Sequence record: MH791404.1
DNA: 64,000 nt
Strand: one strand, 5' to 3'
Below the pieces are notes generated by a model. That model was not told the DNA's origin and did not search any database. It worked only from the letters and a program-made list of their open reading frames with translations. The position numbers were made by a program, and so were the translations under genes. Positions 41,163 to 51,134 of the stretch are shown here, in pieces; position 1 is the stretch's first letter; every line of letters starts with the position of its first letter.

Positions 41163-42397
41163 TGTATATCCTTCCCTCTAGTATCGGAATCAGATATCAA
41201 TTCTAAGTTCATGATATAAGAGCCCTGTGTACAGACATGATTTATTGAGTTGATAAGCCAGCGTCCTGCATCTTTTGATGTCATTTCACCATTCATATCA
41301 CCAGCAATAATATTTACGACTTGACCACAACTCAGATCCGAATTACCGGCAACTTGAATAAGCATTCTTTTTGCGTTTAGTGATGTTCGGTTTGTTGCTC
41401 TTATACCAAGAGAGTTACCATTAGAACCCATATTGATATACTTATACATCTGATCTTCTGTTGTGAAATAAACACATGCATTTCTTTCTGGTTTTATATC
41501 ACCACCAAACCACGGTTCTGGGTTTAATGTTGGATATACATCTTTTACAGACGTGTAATCCTGATAATTATTTGTATATAGCTTTTTATCCAAAGACATC
41601 GAATGAACGTTAACGCCTAGACCACCATTCCTATATTGTTCTGGTATGTTGTATCCCTTAACACGCTGCATCTTGATTATCTTGTTATACATTGTAGTGT
41701 CGTGGGTTGCTTCGAATATCAGGTCAACAACCGGGTCTCCAACCATCATGGATGTACCAGTTCTGAATTTGGCTCCATCTACATCCTCATAAAAGTAGAA
41801 ATTACTATCACCCTTTGAATTAACATCTGATGATTGTGCAGAAGAAGCTAAGAAATTAATAACTGATATCGGTGTTAAATTTGGGATTACAATATCCCGG
41901 TTATAAAGCGTTGGTTCGACAAATATGGTTTCGTCAGTGAACCCAATCACCCGGAGCATATCAGAAACGATTGCATGAATGGATGTCCCTTTATAACTTT
42001 TACTGATCCGACTATATTCATTCTTGTGATCTTGTTCGGATACAAGATGAAGTCTTACAAACTTTTGAGTTTGTGTATTTGGGTTTGTAATATCTTCGTA
42101 ACGAGTAACTTTGAATATTTTAGAATACGTTTTTGCATCCACCCCGTTTAAATGTACGGATCTAAAACTTATTTGTACCTTCTCATCACCTCTTGGATTA
42201 ATTGAGTTTATTAAATTCATGAAATCAACAAATTCAAGGGTGCCTTTCAGCAACCCTTGACTAATCCCTTCATATATGGAGAAGGATTTGAATATATCAG
42301 TTATATCAAATCCTTCACTATCAAGGCTTTGAAAGAAAACAATACGCTCAATGGTAAAGTTTTCATACGCCGCCGTACTGCGTCTACTTATTCCCAC
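41159..42397 (-). CDS. 27: Baseplate hub gp27-like protein
   Basis: 412 aa; G.LEF.D.MN..N..GDEKVQISF similar to gp27; FYFYED.DG; adjacent to gene 5. Confidence 0.7.
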   Translation of the reverse strand: MGISRRSTAAYENFTIERIVFFQSLDSEGFDITDIFKSFSIYEGISQGLLKGTLEFVDFMNLINSINPRGDEKVQISFRSVHLNGVDAKTYSKIFKVTRYEDITNPNTQTQKFVRLHLVSEQDHKNEYSRISKSYKGTSIHAIVSDMLRVIGFTDETIFVEPTLYNRDIVIPNLTPISVINFLASSAQSSDVNSKGDSNFYFYEDVDGAKFRTGTSMMVGDPVVDLIFEATHDTTMYNKIIKMQRVKGYNIPEQYRNGGLGVNVHSMSLDKKLYTNNYQDYTSVKDVYPTLNPEPWFGGDIKPERNACVYFTTEDQMYKYINMGSNGNSLGIRATNRTSLNAKRMLIQVAGNSDLSCGQVVNIIAGDMNGEMTSKDAGRWLINSINHVCTQGSYIMNLELISDSDTRGKDIQ

Positions 42398-42950
42398 GGA
42401 TACGCTCCATTAATCTTGTGTATTCATCCATAAACCTACCCAAATCTGACGGATTTAAAACGTTTATGGTTCTCTTGGATTCGTTGGTTGCTAATTCATG
42501 TTCTATGGCAGTAACAGGGACTAAAGTCCCGACATACTGTTTATATAGATGAGCGGTATCCCCTTCATCATACCAAACACCAGAACCAACCGGATATTCT
42601 TTCATACGAAAATACATCTCACCATTTTCATCAATATGATATAAAACAGTTCCCTCTTTTGCTGGTAGGTTTTTATATTTTTGCGCTGTATATTGATGAA
42701 CTATTTCTTCTTCACATATCCAATCATAAAAAGGATCGTATACTTGGTTAAGAAATAGTAGGATCCAATAATATTTCGTATCCCCATATAAATCGTAGGA
42801 AACAACTTCTGGTCTAGGAGAACCAGAGACGATATATTTTCTTACAATGAATTTGCTTAAAATATCATCAAAATAGTTTCCATGTGGACGAAATATATCA
42901 GCAGTTGGAGCCCCATTATATTTTATAGGGGGGAAATAGTTAAATAGCAT
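42384..42950 (-). CDS. 53: Baseplate wedge gp53
   Basis: MLFNYFPPI.Y, GSPRPEVVSYDLYG..KYYWILL..N..YDPFYDW, NESKRTI. Confidence 0.96.
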   Translation of the reverse strand: MLFNYFPPIKYNGAPTADIFRPHGNYFDDILSKFIVRKYIVSGSPRPEVVSYDLYGDTKYYWILLFLNQVYDPFYDWICEEEIVHQYTAQKYKNLPAKEGTVLYHIDENGEMYFRMKEYPVGSGVWYDEGDTAHLYKQYVGTLVPVTAIEHELATNESKRTINVLNPSDLGRFMDEYTRLMERIRGNK

Positions 42951-44011
42951 TATCTCTTACCTCCATACGAACCGAAGAAGAATTCACCAGAATCAGGATT
43001 ACCCAAATCTGATGTAAGAGCTTCCCAGTAATCGCGATAAACCGGACGAAGTTCTGTAACAGTTATTTCTAGATCTATTGCGACGGAATCCGCAGCCGTT
43101 GACGCGAATGTATCATATATTTGGTCTGGGGTTTTGTTGATCCGGATATTACTAATACCGGCTGGACCCATTGCGAATTTAGGTGTAAATCTAATCTTCT
43201 GTTCTTGACTTTGACTTACCCTTTCTTCTATAAACCACAAAGGGGGTACTTCGAGATATGTATAACCTTCACCCGCACCAAGTTCTGAATCCGTACCAAT
43301 TCCAAGAGAAGCAAGATCTACAGCCCCTTTGTTTTCGGCAGCACTAAGAACCATAAAAGTTTTAATTATTTGTCCAACCTCTTTTAATTCTGCCATAGAC
43401 CTCGGTCGGAATTGAAATATAAATGTTTGGGAACGTACACCAGTACCACGATACATTTGGGCGGCTCGATCACCAAGCAAATTACCAGTTACCTGAGAAT
43501 TATATCGCTGTGCAATACCACCAGTAGAGACGATAACCTTTTGAGCCATCGCGTTTACAACGGCTTTACCACCATTTGCAATACTATCCAATGTACCATC
43601 TCTTTCTGATGCATTTGCCTGATAATTCATAACTATATCTTGTAGAAAACCTCCATCATTGTCCTCATAATTATGGCTGATATTTTCATTCATGTTTGGC
43701 ATATATAGTTGAATAACAGCCAAAGTCTGTTCGTTAAATTTCCCTTTGACAGAACGCATAGAACGCTCATGGATATCACTATTCTTTAAGCCCCCATTGG
43801 TAGGCTTAACAGCGTAAAACACGAGGTATGAGGAATGCTTATTATCACTACCTTTCATAGTTAATGGGTACTGCAAAGCCTTTATACCGGGGGTTTTAGA
43901 GTTTTTATTTTCAATGATTAAATCTGTACCTTCCGATTTAACATCTGTTAAGGGGTTGAAATTTCCGCCACTAGTCCCCATATTAGCAGCTTTCAGAATA
44001 TTAACTTTCAT
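42950..44011 (-). CDS. 48: Baseplate tail-tube cap gp48
   Basis: MYRG..VRSQTFIFQFRPRS..EL, P.LWF, GPAGISNIRINKTPD, LEITVTE. Confidence 0.85.
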   Translation of the reverse strand: MKVNILKAANMGTSGGNFNPLTDVKSEGTDLIIENKNSKTPGIKALQYPLTMKGSDNKHSSYLVFYAVKPTNGGLKNSDIHERSMRSVKGKFNEQTLAVIQLYMPNMNENISHNYEDNDGGFLQDIVMNYQANASERDGTLDSIANGGKAVVNAMAQKVIVSTGGIAQRYNSQVTGNLLGDRAAQMYRGTGVRSQTFIFQFRPRSMAELKEVGQIIKTFMVLSAAENKGAVDLASLGIGTDSELGAGEGYTYLEVPPLWFIEERVSQSQEQKIRFTPKFAMGPAGISNIRINKTPDQIYDTFASTAADSVAIDLEITVTELRPVYRDYWEALTSDLGNPDSGEFFFGSYGGKR

Positions 44012-44035
44012 TTTAAACCTCACATTGTTTACTTT

Positions 44036-44057
44036 TATTTAGGGTTTGCCCTAAATA
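44036..44057. promoter_or_regulatory. Back-to-back divergent late promoters (palindrome)
   Basis: TATTTAGGG-TTTG-CCCTAAATA; CTAAATA on both strands, facing genes 48 and 4. Confidence 0.7.
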
Positions 44058-44079
44058 CTTTCATATAGGAGAAATTATT

Positions 44080-44550
44080 ATGGCAGGAAACAAAACATAT
44101 AAGGGTCAATACTTCGTTAAAAATCGTGAGAAATATCGCGGAGACCCGAAGAAAGTTACATATCGTAGTTCATGGGAAAAGTATATAATGGAGATGCTGG
44201 ATAATANTCCNGANGTNNGATATTGGAATAGTGAATGTATGGTTATCCCGTATTTTTCTAATGCTGATGGAAAGAAACGGCGTTATTTTATGGATATGTG
44301 GATACAGTGGTCGGATGGTTCTATTTCTCTCTGGGAAGTTAAGCCTAAAAAAGAATGCTTTCCACCAGTACCACCAAAAAGAAATACATTAAAAGCAAAA
44401 AATGCTTATATTCAAGCTGTGTATACATGGCAAGTCAATAACGACAAATGGAAAACCACCGCAGAATTATGCAAGAAAAAAGGGTGGAGATTTAATATAA
44501 TTAATGAAGACTCATTGAAAGCAATGGGTTTCAAAGGACTTACTAAATGA
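44080..44550 (+). CDS. 4: Head completion nuclease gp4
   Basis: YKGQY..KNREKYRGDP..VTYRSSWE, W.SE...IPY, RRYFMD, EVKP; a few N bases. Confidence 0.95.
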   Translation: MAGNKTYKGQYFVKNREKYRGDPKKVTYRSSWEKYIMEMLDNXXXXXYWNSECMVIPYFSNADGKKRRYFMDMWIQWSDGSISLWEVKPKKECFPPVPPKRNTLKAKNAYIQAVYTWQVNNDKWKTTAELCKKKGWRFNIINEDSLKAMGFKGLTK

Positions 44551-45545
44551 TATTCGAAATAACGGAACGTGCAGAGTCCACAACAGAAAAACGCAATAGA
44601 AAACAATGGATTGATGTTGGTGTTGATTATATGAACGCCAAGAAAAAGAACCCAAGTCTTACTGCAAAGAAATATGCAGAGGAAAAAGGGTTGAATTATG
44701 AAACATTCAGTAGAGCTATGCGCAGACACAGAGAAGAAATAAAGACTTATTATTCTCTGATAAACCCAAATAAGAATAAACAACAATGGATTGAGCTTGG
44801 TGTTGATTATTTGACACAAAAAGAAAAGAGTAGCATTACTCTAAAAAATTATATTGAAGGACGTGGACTTAATAAAGAAACCACGGAACGGGCATTCAGA
44901 AGATTCAAGCAAGATATTCTACTGGCTAAGAANTTAAAAGANGCNCAAATAAGCGGAAGAAAACTATCTAAAGCCGAAAAATATCAGATGNTNTTGGCTG
45001 ACTTTAGAAATAAAGTAAGNCAACACGAAAAAGAGCCTGTNAAGTCTCAGAAGAAGTCNACGGAATGGTTTAACAATTTCATAAAGAAAAACGTTCGTGG
45101 NCACCAAGTAACAAGACCAATTGCTGGTCGATTGTATACTTTCGCATATGACGCAAAACATAAGGCAACACTACCATACTGGGATAAATTCCCCCTGATC
45201 GTATATCTTGGCCTAAGTGCAAAACACAAAGGTTTGATGTTGGGTCTCAACCTTCACTACATCCCGATCAAAGCCCGTAAAGAATTTATGGAAGAGTTGC
45301 TGAAACATGCAACCACAGAGAGGATTACCAACCGTACATCCCTAAATATCAACTGGGGTAAGGTTAAGGGAATGAGAGGTGCAGACCATATGATCAAAGC
45401 GTATTTGCCGGGTCATATTAAGGGTCCATTAATGGAGATTAAACCGCAGGATTGGAGTTCTGTTATTAATCTACCGACTCAACGGTTTGTATCTGGTGTT
45501 CCTCCGAAGACCTATAATACGAATTCCGTTTGGAGATCATACTAA
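44547..45545 (+). CDS. 2: DNA end protector gp2 with duplicated N-terminal helical module
   Basis: [33 protein letters not shown]; scattered N bases. Confidence 0.95.
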   Translation: MIFEITERAESTTEKRNRKQWIDVGVDYMNAKKKNPSLTAKKYAEEKGLNYETFSRAMRRHREEIKTYYSLINPNKNKQQWIELGVDYLTQKEKSSITLKNYIEGRGLNKETTERAFRRFKQDILLAKXLKXXQISGRKLSKAEKYQMXLADFRNKVXQHEKEPXKSQKKXTEWFNNFIKKNVRXHQVTRPIAGRLYTFAYDAKHKATLPYWDKFPLIVYLGLSAKHKGLMLGLNLHYIPIKARKEFMEELLKHATTERITNRTSLNINWGKVKGMRGADHMIKAYLPGHIKGPLMEIKPQDWSSVINLPTQRFVSGVPPKTYNTNSVWRSY

Positions 45546-46501
45546 TGAACTTAATACCACCTATTCCAACCATAGATACGTTGCAAAATGCGTTTGACCG
45601 GACACTTGAGTCCGGTCTTAATTCACTAACAAATTTATCAATAGATGCATCAGATGAGATCCCCGATCTAACTAGGTTTATGCGGAAAGTTGAGAATACC
45701 GATTTGGCTAGACCAAACATGTTTATTGTAAGGTTCGGAGATTTCCGAACCTCTATATTCAGTGATGGTGTTTTTGATAGGGATTTACCGATATTTCCGG
45801 ACTCAAGCAGCGGGATGGACGTCAATGATAGTCTTTTCTCTGGTACAAGTTATGCTTGGCATAGAGTTCAGGACATTGCTTTGGGACAAGCACACAAAAT
45901 CCTCACGCCTAGCATGAAGAAGATTTTTGGTGCTTGGGATCCGTCCTTGATCCGGATCATACCGGGAGCAGGAGAGATCCTTGATGGATTTCTGGGAACC
46001 GATTATGATGTAAACCGCGATCTTGCACTTATGGTAAAAAGCGTCGGACTCCCTAGTTCTACTTTGGAAACGACAATCAACCGTACAGACAAACTACCTC
46101 GACACGAAGTAAGAGGTAGAAACTACGGAACCATGAGTATGACGTTTTACTGTTCCCCTTCTTATGAGGAACGTTCTTTGATGTTAACATGGCAGAATAC
46201 AATTGTCAACCCAAGAAATGGACAATTTGGATTTTATAATACGTATGCAAAGGATATTGACGTCATCACGTTAGACCGTCATGGAGTTAAGCAATCCACT
46301 GTACATAATACAGGGTGCTTTCCCATAGAGGTAGGTGAAGTTCAACTAGATTTTGAGAACAATTCTCAGGTAGCAACCTTTACCGTCACATTCGCTGTAT
46401 CAACTACAGTGCATGTTCCTACTAAGGGTGAAGAGAACACCATCGACTCTATAGAGAGTATCATAAGACGTACTACAGGCGTTGTGAAAGCCATTCGTTA
46501 A
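45545..46501 (+). CDS. 54: Baseplate tail-tube initiator gp54
   Basis: DLARPNMF, LMVKSVGLP, W.N.IV.P.NG, LDRHG, LDFENNSQVATFTVTFA; TAATG-coupled to gene 2. Confidence 0.88.
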   Translation: MNLIPPIPTIDTLQNAFDRTLESGLNSLTNLSIDASDEIPDLTRFMRKVENTDLARPNMFIVRFGDFRTSIFSDGVFDRDLPIFPDSSSGMDVNDSLFSGTSYAWHRVQDIALGQAHKILTPSMKKIFGAWDPSLIRIIPGAGEILDGFLGTDYDVNRDLALMVKSVGLPSSTLETTINRTDKLPRHEVRGRNYGTMSMTFYCSPSYEERSLMLTWQNTIVNPRNGQFGFYNTYAKDIDVITLDRHGVKQSTVHNTGCFPIEVGEVQLDFENNSQVATFTVTFAVSTTVHVPTKGEENTIDSIESIIRRTTGVVKAIR

Positions 46502-46506
46502 TACTA

Positions 46507-46530
46507 AGCCATCCTACGGGGTGGCTTTTT
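46507..46530 (+). terminator. Terminator after gene 54
   Basis: AGCCATCC-TACG-GGGTGGCT-TTTT; identical to 3920. Confidence 0.85.
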
Positions 46531-46539
46531 CATATCTAC

Positions 46540-46660
46540 AGATCTCGAACGTAGTGAGACGGCGTAGCCGCCTGTTCGCTTCGCTCACACTCTTTCTAAT
46601 TATAGATTTTCTATATAAATACTTATAGAGACTTTATAGTTTGATTGCAAGTGAAACTAT
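46540..46660 (-). repeat. 121-bp dispersed repeat, copy B (inverted relative to copy A)
   Basis: Reverse complement of 4312-4432 with 3 mismatches. Confidence 0.95.
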
Positions 46661-46733
46661 CTAAGATTAAGTCTTGAAGAACATCATGTTACAATGTACT
46701 AAATAAGTATAGATCTATAAGGGATTTTTAACT

Positions 46734-47519
46734 ATGACAAACAAAACCACAATTGACAAGAGTGTACTTCTTGCTGCTATGCAGAAAAACGTACAGCAGA
46801 CCAATGTAACTTTATCAGATGGTAGAAAGATCAAGGTTCGTGCTTTCTTGATGAAAGAAATGAAACTGTTGATGTTAGCTAACGAAGCCAATACTGGAAT
46901 CGATGATGCAATCATCCAAATCGTAAAAAACTGTATCCTAACTGATAATGTTGATGTAGACCTTTTACCTGTGTTTGACTTGGAAGCAGTTTATCTAGCT
47001 TTGTATAAGTTATCAAAAGCAAGTCCTACTGTTCCGGTTATGTTTACTTGCGCCAACGAAATTCTTGATGAAGATGGTAATGTTCAATATGACCAATATG
47101 GTGAAATTATTCGTTGTGGCTCTGATATCAAAGTAAACGTAAACTTGAATAACGCTAAATTGTCGGATGCACCAGATAACAAAATTGTTCTGAATGAGAA
47201 CATGACAGTTTATATGAGATATCCTAATATCAGCGAGGTTGAATATTTCAACGTAGAAGTTGAGTCCGACTTGTTTAACTTAATCAATCGCTGTATTGAC
47301 GAAGTTCATATGGGAGATCAGGTTGTTAAGGTTGGTGTTGATATTCCGTATGAGGATATTTCTGAAATTATGGAATACGCCGATTCAGTTGCTTTGACCA
47401 AAATGGGTAAATTTGTAACATCCCTCCCCCAACATACTCTAAATATACCTGTAAAGTGTAAAAAATGTGGACACCAAGAAATTGTTACACTTAAAGGGGT
47501 AGAAAGTTTTTTCGCATAA
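46734..47519 (+). CDS. 26: Baseplate hub assembly protein gp26
   Basis: KVRAFLMKE, NC, MRYP, CID, PVKCKKCGH...LKGVESFF, compared with T4 gp26 PIKCPECG...RGLKEFF. Confidence 0.88.
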   Translation: MTNKTTIDKSVLLAAMQKNVQQTNVTLSDGRKIKVRAFLMKEMKLLMLANEANTGIDDAIIQIVKNCILTDNVDVDLLPVFDLEAVYLALYKLSKASPTVPVMFTCANEILDEDGNVQYDQYGEIIRCGSDIKVNVNLNNAKLSDAPDNKIVLNENMTVYMRYPNISEVEYFNVEVESDLFNLINRCIDEVHMGDQVVKVGVDIPYEDISEIMEYADSVALTKMGKFVTSLPQHTLNIPVKCKKCGHQEIVTLKGVESFFA

Positions 47520-47683
47520 CGCTTGTTAACCATACCATATACGATCATTTTAATACGGTATATAAGCTTAGAAAAGATGGATGGAGCCATTCGGATCTTG
47601 AGGATATGACCCCCTTTGAATTTGGTGTTTATGTTCACCTCTACCTAAACGATCTCAAAGAACAGGCGAGAGAAAAGGACTAA
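47507..47683 (+). CDS. -1-frame extension of gp26 (gp51 C-terminus-like), likely via programmed frameshift
   Basis: T TTT TTC at 47507-47513; -1 frame open to TAA 47681 (FRITLVNHTIYDHFNTVYKLRKDGWSHSDLEDMTPFEFGVYVHLYLNDLKEQAREKD) with no usable early start codon. Confidence 0.7.
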   Translation, partial: FFRITLVNHTIYDHFNTVYKLRKDGWSHSDLEDMTPFEFGVYVHLYLNDLKEQAREKD

Positions 47684-47686
47684 GTG

Positions 47687-49552
47687 ATGATTGACAAGCA
47701 GAAACAGAACGAACTTGATAAATCGGTTCGAGATGTCACGGATGCTATGGATATTGTTTCTGATTCGATGCTTAAGTTGGACGACAAGACAGAAAAGTTG
47801 TCCAACTCAACAAAAGACCTTACCGCGTCTTATGATATTACCTCTGATTCCAGTCTGGAAGTCGCACAAGAACAAGAAAAATTAGCGAACCAGATAAAAG
47901 GTGCCAGAAAGGATAATAAGCGTAGTAATAAGGTTGAAAACGAATTAGTTTCAGCTAGACGAAAGCAACTGGAAGACATTTTAAATAATAAACAACCCCT
48001 AGTGGATTATAGCCAAGGTGTAAAAAGTCAGAACCCGGAACAGGGGGAAACTGCCAAACCTATGCAGGAAGACACTAGGGAGACTTTGAAAGAATTTATA
48101 CAACGCGAAGTTGGTGATCGTCGTGAATTTGTGGAAAATTTCAAAGAAGAAAATCAAAAAACTGGTAAATTTGTTCGAGAGATAGCAAAAAAAGCTAATA
48201 TAGTTGATCGAATGAAGAAATCAGAAACATCAGCAACAGCGAAAATACTTGGTCATACTATGTCCGCTGGTATCGGTATGGTTACTGGAACCATAAACGA
48301 TTTGTTATCAACTATTCCCGGTTATAATCAGGCCGCTAATGCAACGAAGTTTGTTGGTGGGTCTATTATTGATGCACATAACGCACGTAAGGAAAAGAAA
48401 TTAGATGCAAAAGCGAATGCGGCTTATGAAGAGAAGAAGGCTGATGCTACTTCTAGATTCCAACAGATCCCACAAAACAAACCAGAAGACAAAGTAAAAA
48501 CAGATAGAAATAACCAAGAGCAAAAGAAAGAAAGACAAGAAAATGGAAGAGAACGAGAGAACAACGAAAAGCGTCATAAAAGCTTAATCGATGTTCTTAA
48601 AGGTATCCAGATGTCCATGTTGATCGGTAAACTGATTGGTGGTGTTGGATTTGTTCTTAGTGGTCTTGTTTCTGGTATCAGTGTTCTATCTGGTGCGGTT
48701 CTTGGTTTGGCCCCTATGATTGCGGGTGCCCTATCTGCTGCTGTTGGTGGTTTAATTGCTAAGTTTTCGGGGTTGTTTGATAAGATACCGGGATTGGGAA
48801 GTAAGACCCCTACACCATCGTCTGGTTCTGGTGGTGTTAATCCAAACGATGTGTCTAAGGATCCTAAGAAGTCTCCGAAAACTACACAACCGGATGGAAA
48901 GAAGCCACCTACACCAGAACCAAGACCGGGGCAACCAGCAAAAATTGAGACACCTAAAACAAAGACACCTACCCCTAAAGGGAAGGCTGGTATTTTGTCA
49001 AGGGCTGCTGATCTTGGTAAAAAGGGTTGGTCTGTTGCTACCGATGCTGCAAAATCAGCCTCAAAATTTATACCAAAAAGCGCATTAACTGGTGCCGGTA
49101 TGGCGGTACGTGTCGCCGGTAGAGCAATTCCTTTTGTTGGTGCTGGCTTGATGGCTTATGAGTTGTATAACTTCGCCAAAGAGAATCCAGATCTGTTGGA
49201 TAAGGGTGTTGATGCTGCGAAGGGTGCTTGGGAAAGTCTTACCGGGTCATTGTTTGGAAAAGCTAATGCTAGTGAAGCTCAACCGGAATCTAAATTAGGG
49301 AATGAAATTAAGGCGGGTGAAAATGAGCCTGTATTTAAAACCCTTGAGAAAAGAAACCAAGAGGTTGAAGAATTCCGAGCTAAACAACAACGTGAAAAGG
49401 AAGAACGAGATGCACGACGTCAAGAAGGTGCGTTAATGGCTGCTGTAAATAATACCACATATAATAGTATGAATTCCGTTCTACCGTCTGGTTTTGGTGA
49501 ATTTAGACCAGACCAACCACAATATTCATATGGGGTTCAACCGTCAACATGA
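47687..49552 (+). CDS. 29: Tape measure / baseplate hub gp29-like protein
   Basis: About 620 aa, helical and low complexity; GRAIPFVGAGLMAYELY segment; lies between 26 and 3. The call is mainly synteny and composition. Confidence 0.7.
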   Translation: MIDKQKQNELDKSVRDVTDAMDIVSDSMLKLDDKTEKLSNSTKDLTASYDITSDSSLEVAQEQEKLANQIKGARKDNKRSNKVENELVSARRKQLEDILNNKQPLVDYSQGVKSQNPEQGETAKPMQEDTRETLKEFIQREVGDRREFVENFKEENQKTGKFVREIAKKANIVDRMKKSETSATAKILGHTMSAGIGMVTGTINDLLSTIPGYNQAANATKFVGGSIIDAHNARKEKKLDAKANAAYEEKKADATSRFQQIPQNKPEDKVKTDRNNQEQKKERQENGRERENNEKRHKSLIDVLKGIQMSMLIGKLIGGVGFVLSGLVSGISVLSGAVLGLAPMIAGALSAAVGGLIAKFSGLFDKIPGLGSKTPTPSSGSGGVNPNDVSKDPKKSPKTTQPDGKKPPTPEPRPGQPAKIETPKTKTPTPKGKAGILSRAADLGKKGWSVATDAAKSASKFIPKSALTGAGMAVRVAGRAIPFVGAGLMAYELYNFAKENPDLLDKGVDAAKGAWESLTGSLFGKANASEAQPESKLGNEIKAGENEPVFKTLEKRNQEVEEFRAKQQREKEERDARRQEGALMAAVNNTTYNSMNSVLPSGFGEFRPDQPQYSYGVQPST

Positions 49553-50106
49553 TACATAATCAAGCACACATAACAAACATGCGTCTGGAAATCCCAGACG
49601 CAAACACAACCGCCAACTTTGTAACATCAGCTCAATCTGTTGTTCTTCCAACTATGGAAATGGATATAACAAGGGTTTCGATAAATCAGATGACGTCCGG
49701 ACTTATGCCGGGTTCGAAGATCATTTACGAACCATTTAGGATTAGATTTTTGATTGATGAAAATTTCGAATCTTATAAAGAGTTGTATCAATGGATGATC
49801 TCTGTTACTGATAGTAGAACTTTCAATTCCACCGCCCATCTACCGGGTGCTAGACCTAGATCTATTTTGGTTCATATTCTGGATAACTCAAAAAAGAATA
49901 TAGTATTGACTTTCAAGTTTCATGACCCATTCCCGAGTTCATTGGACGATATAGAATTGTCCTATGTTGATGACGGAAACCCAGCCCTTATAGGTAATGT
50001 AACATTTAGTTACTCATCTATGAGTGTTGTTGGTGTAAACGATTTGGAAATCCTACCAAAACAAAACCCGGTCGGTATCGGTGCAGGACACCCATTCCAA
50101 AAGTAA
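49549..50106 (+). CDS. 3: Tail completion / sheath stabiliser gp3
   Basis: NQA..TN..L.IP..NTT.NF...AQSV.LP, YEPF.IRF.IDEN..SY.ELYQWM. Confidence 0.93.
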   Translation: MIHNQAHITNMRLEIPDANTTANFVTSAQSVVLPTMEMDITRVSINQMTSGLMPGSKIIYEPFRIRFLIDENFESYKELYQWMISVTDSRTFNSTAHLPGARPRSILVHILDNSKKNIVLTFKFHDPFPSSLDDIELSYVDDGNPALIGNVTFSYSSMSVVGVNDLEILPKQNPVGIGAGHPFQK

Positions 50107-50159
50107 AATCTAAAGGTGCTTCGTCTTGAGGTATAATAAACAAAAAGATGAGGTACTAT

Positions 50160-50891
50160 ATGATATACGCTATTTCTGGTTTGAAACGGACGGGTAAAGA
50201 CACAGCCTCGAAGTTCATCCAAGAACTTACTGGGGCTGTTCCATATGCTTTAGCTCACCCAATTAAAAAATCCATCCATAATGGATTACAACGTATTCAG
50301 AAAACAAAAGATATCAGCTTTGCTGATGTTAATGGAGAAACTGAATATGACCGAGAGCAAGATTTGGGCTTGACTACTTTAGAATTAAAGAGTCTTCTGA
50401 ATAATGCTATAATGTTCTGCCATAGACACAACAATTTCACATTCGGTGAAATGCACAAACTTTTCAATTCTGTCTCTGAATTTAGATCTAGTGACAAAAT
50501 GACAATAAAAGATATGTTGTGTATTGGCTTTGCTGAATTCTTTGGTAATAAGAAAAAAGCAGCAGAAATTGAAAATAAATATAAATGGTCTATTCGTAGA
50601 CTGATGCAAGTTCTTGGTACGGATCTAGTTGTCAATGTAAGACGTGATTATTGGTTAGAGTGTATCCCGGATGATGGGAAAGACATCATTATAACCGATG
50701 TCAGACAGGCTCACGAAATGCAATTTTGTCGTGATAATGGTGCTAAAGTAATCTTTATTTGTAAGACTGGAATCGTATCAACCGATTCACATATCACCGA
50801 GCGTGGTTTAGAACCATCAGCAAGTGATATTATAGTTTTTAATGATGGTACATTAGAAGCTCTTAAGAAAAATATCAAATCAATTGTTTAA
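50160..50891 (+). CDS. 1: dNMP kinase gp1
   Basis: ISGLKRTGKDT, SIRRLMQVLGTD, ITDVRQAHE, DSHITERGL; GAGG RBS. Confidence 0.95.
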   Translation: MIYAISGLKRTGKDTASKFIQELTGAVPYALAHPIKKSIHNGLQRIQKTKDISFADVNGETEYDREQDLGLTTLELKSLLNNAIMFCHRHNNFTFGEMHKLFNSVSEFRSSDKMTIKDMLCIGFAEFFGNKKKAAEIENKYKWSIRRLMQVLGTDLVVNVRRDYWLECIPDDGKDIIITDVRQAHEMQFCRDNGAKVIFICKTGIVSTDSHITERGLEPSASDIIVFNDGTLEALKKNIKSIV

Positions 50892-50904
50892 TAGGAAAAA
50901 TAAA

Positions 50905-51129
50905 ATGCAAGAACAAATTCAAAAACTGTCTAGTGACATCATCGTACTGAAAGCCCGTATTTTTGATATGAGTGAAGAATCAGTAGCAATTAGTCAACAA
51001 AATGCTAAAATCTTTAGTATGCTCGCAGAAGCACTCGAACTAGACAAAGAAGAATCTTCCGACATTCAGTTCTATCTGAATAAAATCAATCATCTGAAAC
51101 AAAATCAGGTTGAAGTTGTAAAAGAATAA
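50905..51129 (+). CDS. 57A: Tail fibre assembly chaperone gp57A
   Basis: QKLSSDIIVLKARIFD compared with T4 QKLSAEIVTLKSRILD; follows gene 1. Confidence 0.85.
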   Translation: MQEQIQKLSSDIIVLKARIFDMSEESVAISQQNAKIFSMLAEALELDKEESSDIQFYLNKINHLKQNQVEVVKE

Positions 51130-51134
51130 TGTTA

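Noticed and set aside
44206-45101. Apparent lesions in genes 4 and 2
   Set aside because: Single ambiguous N bases; reading frames and conserved motifs continue, so this is sequencing ambiguity rather than pseudogenisation.
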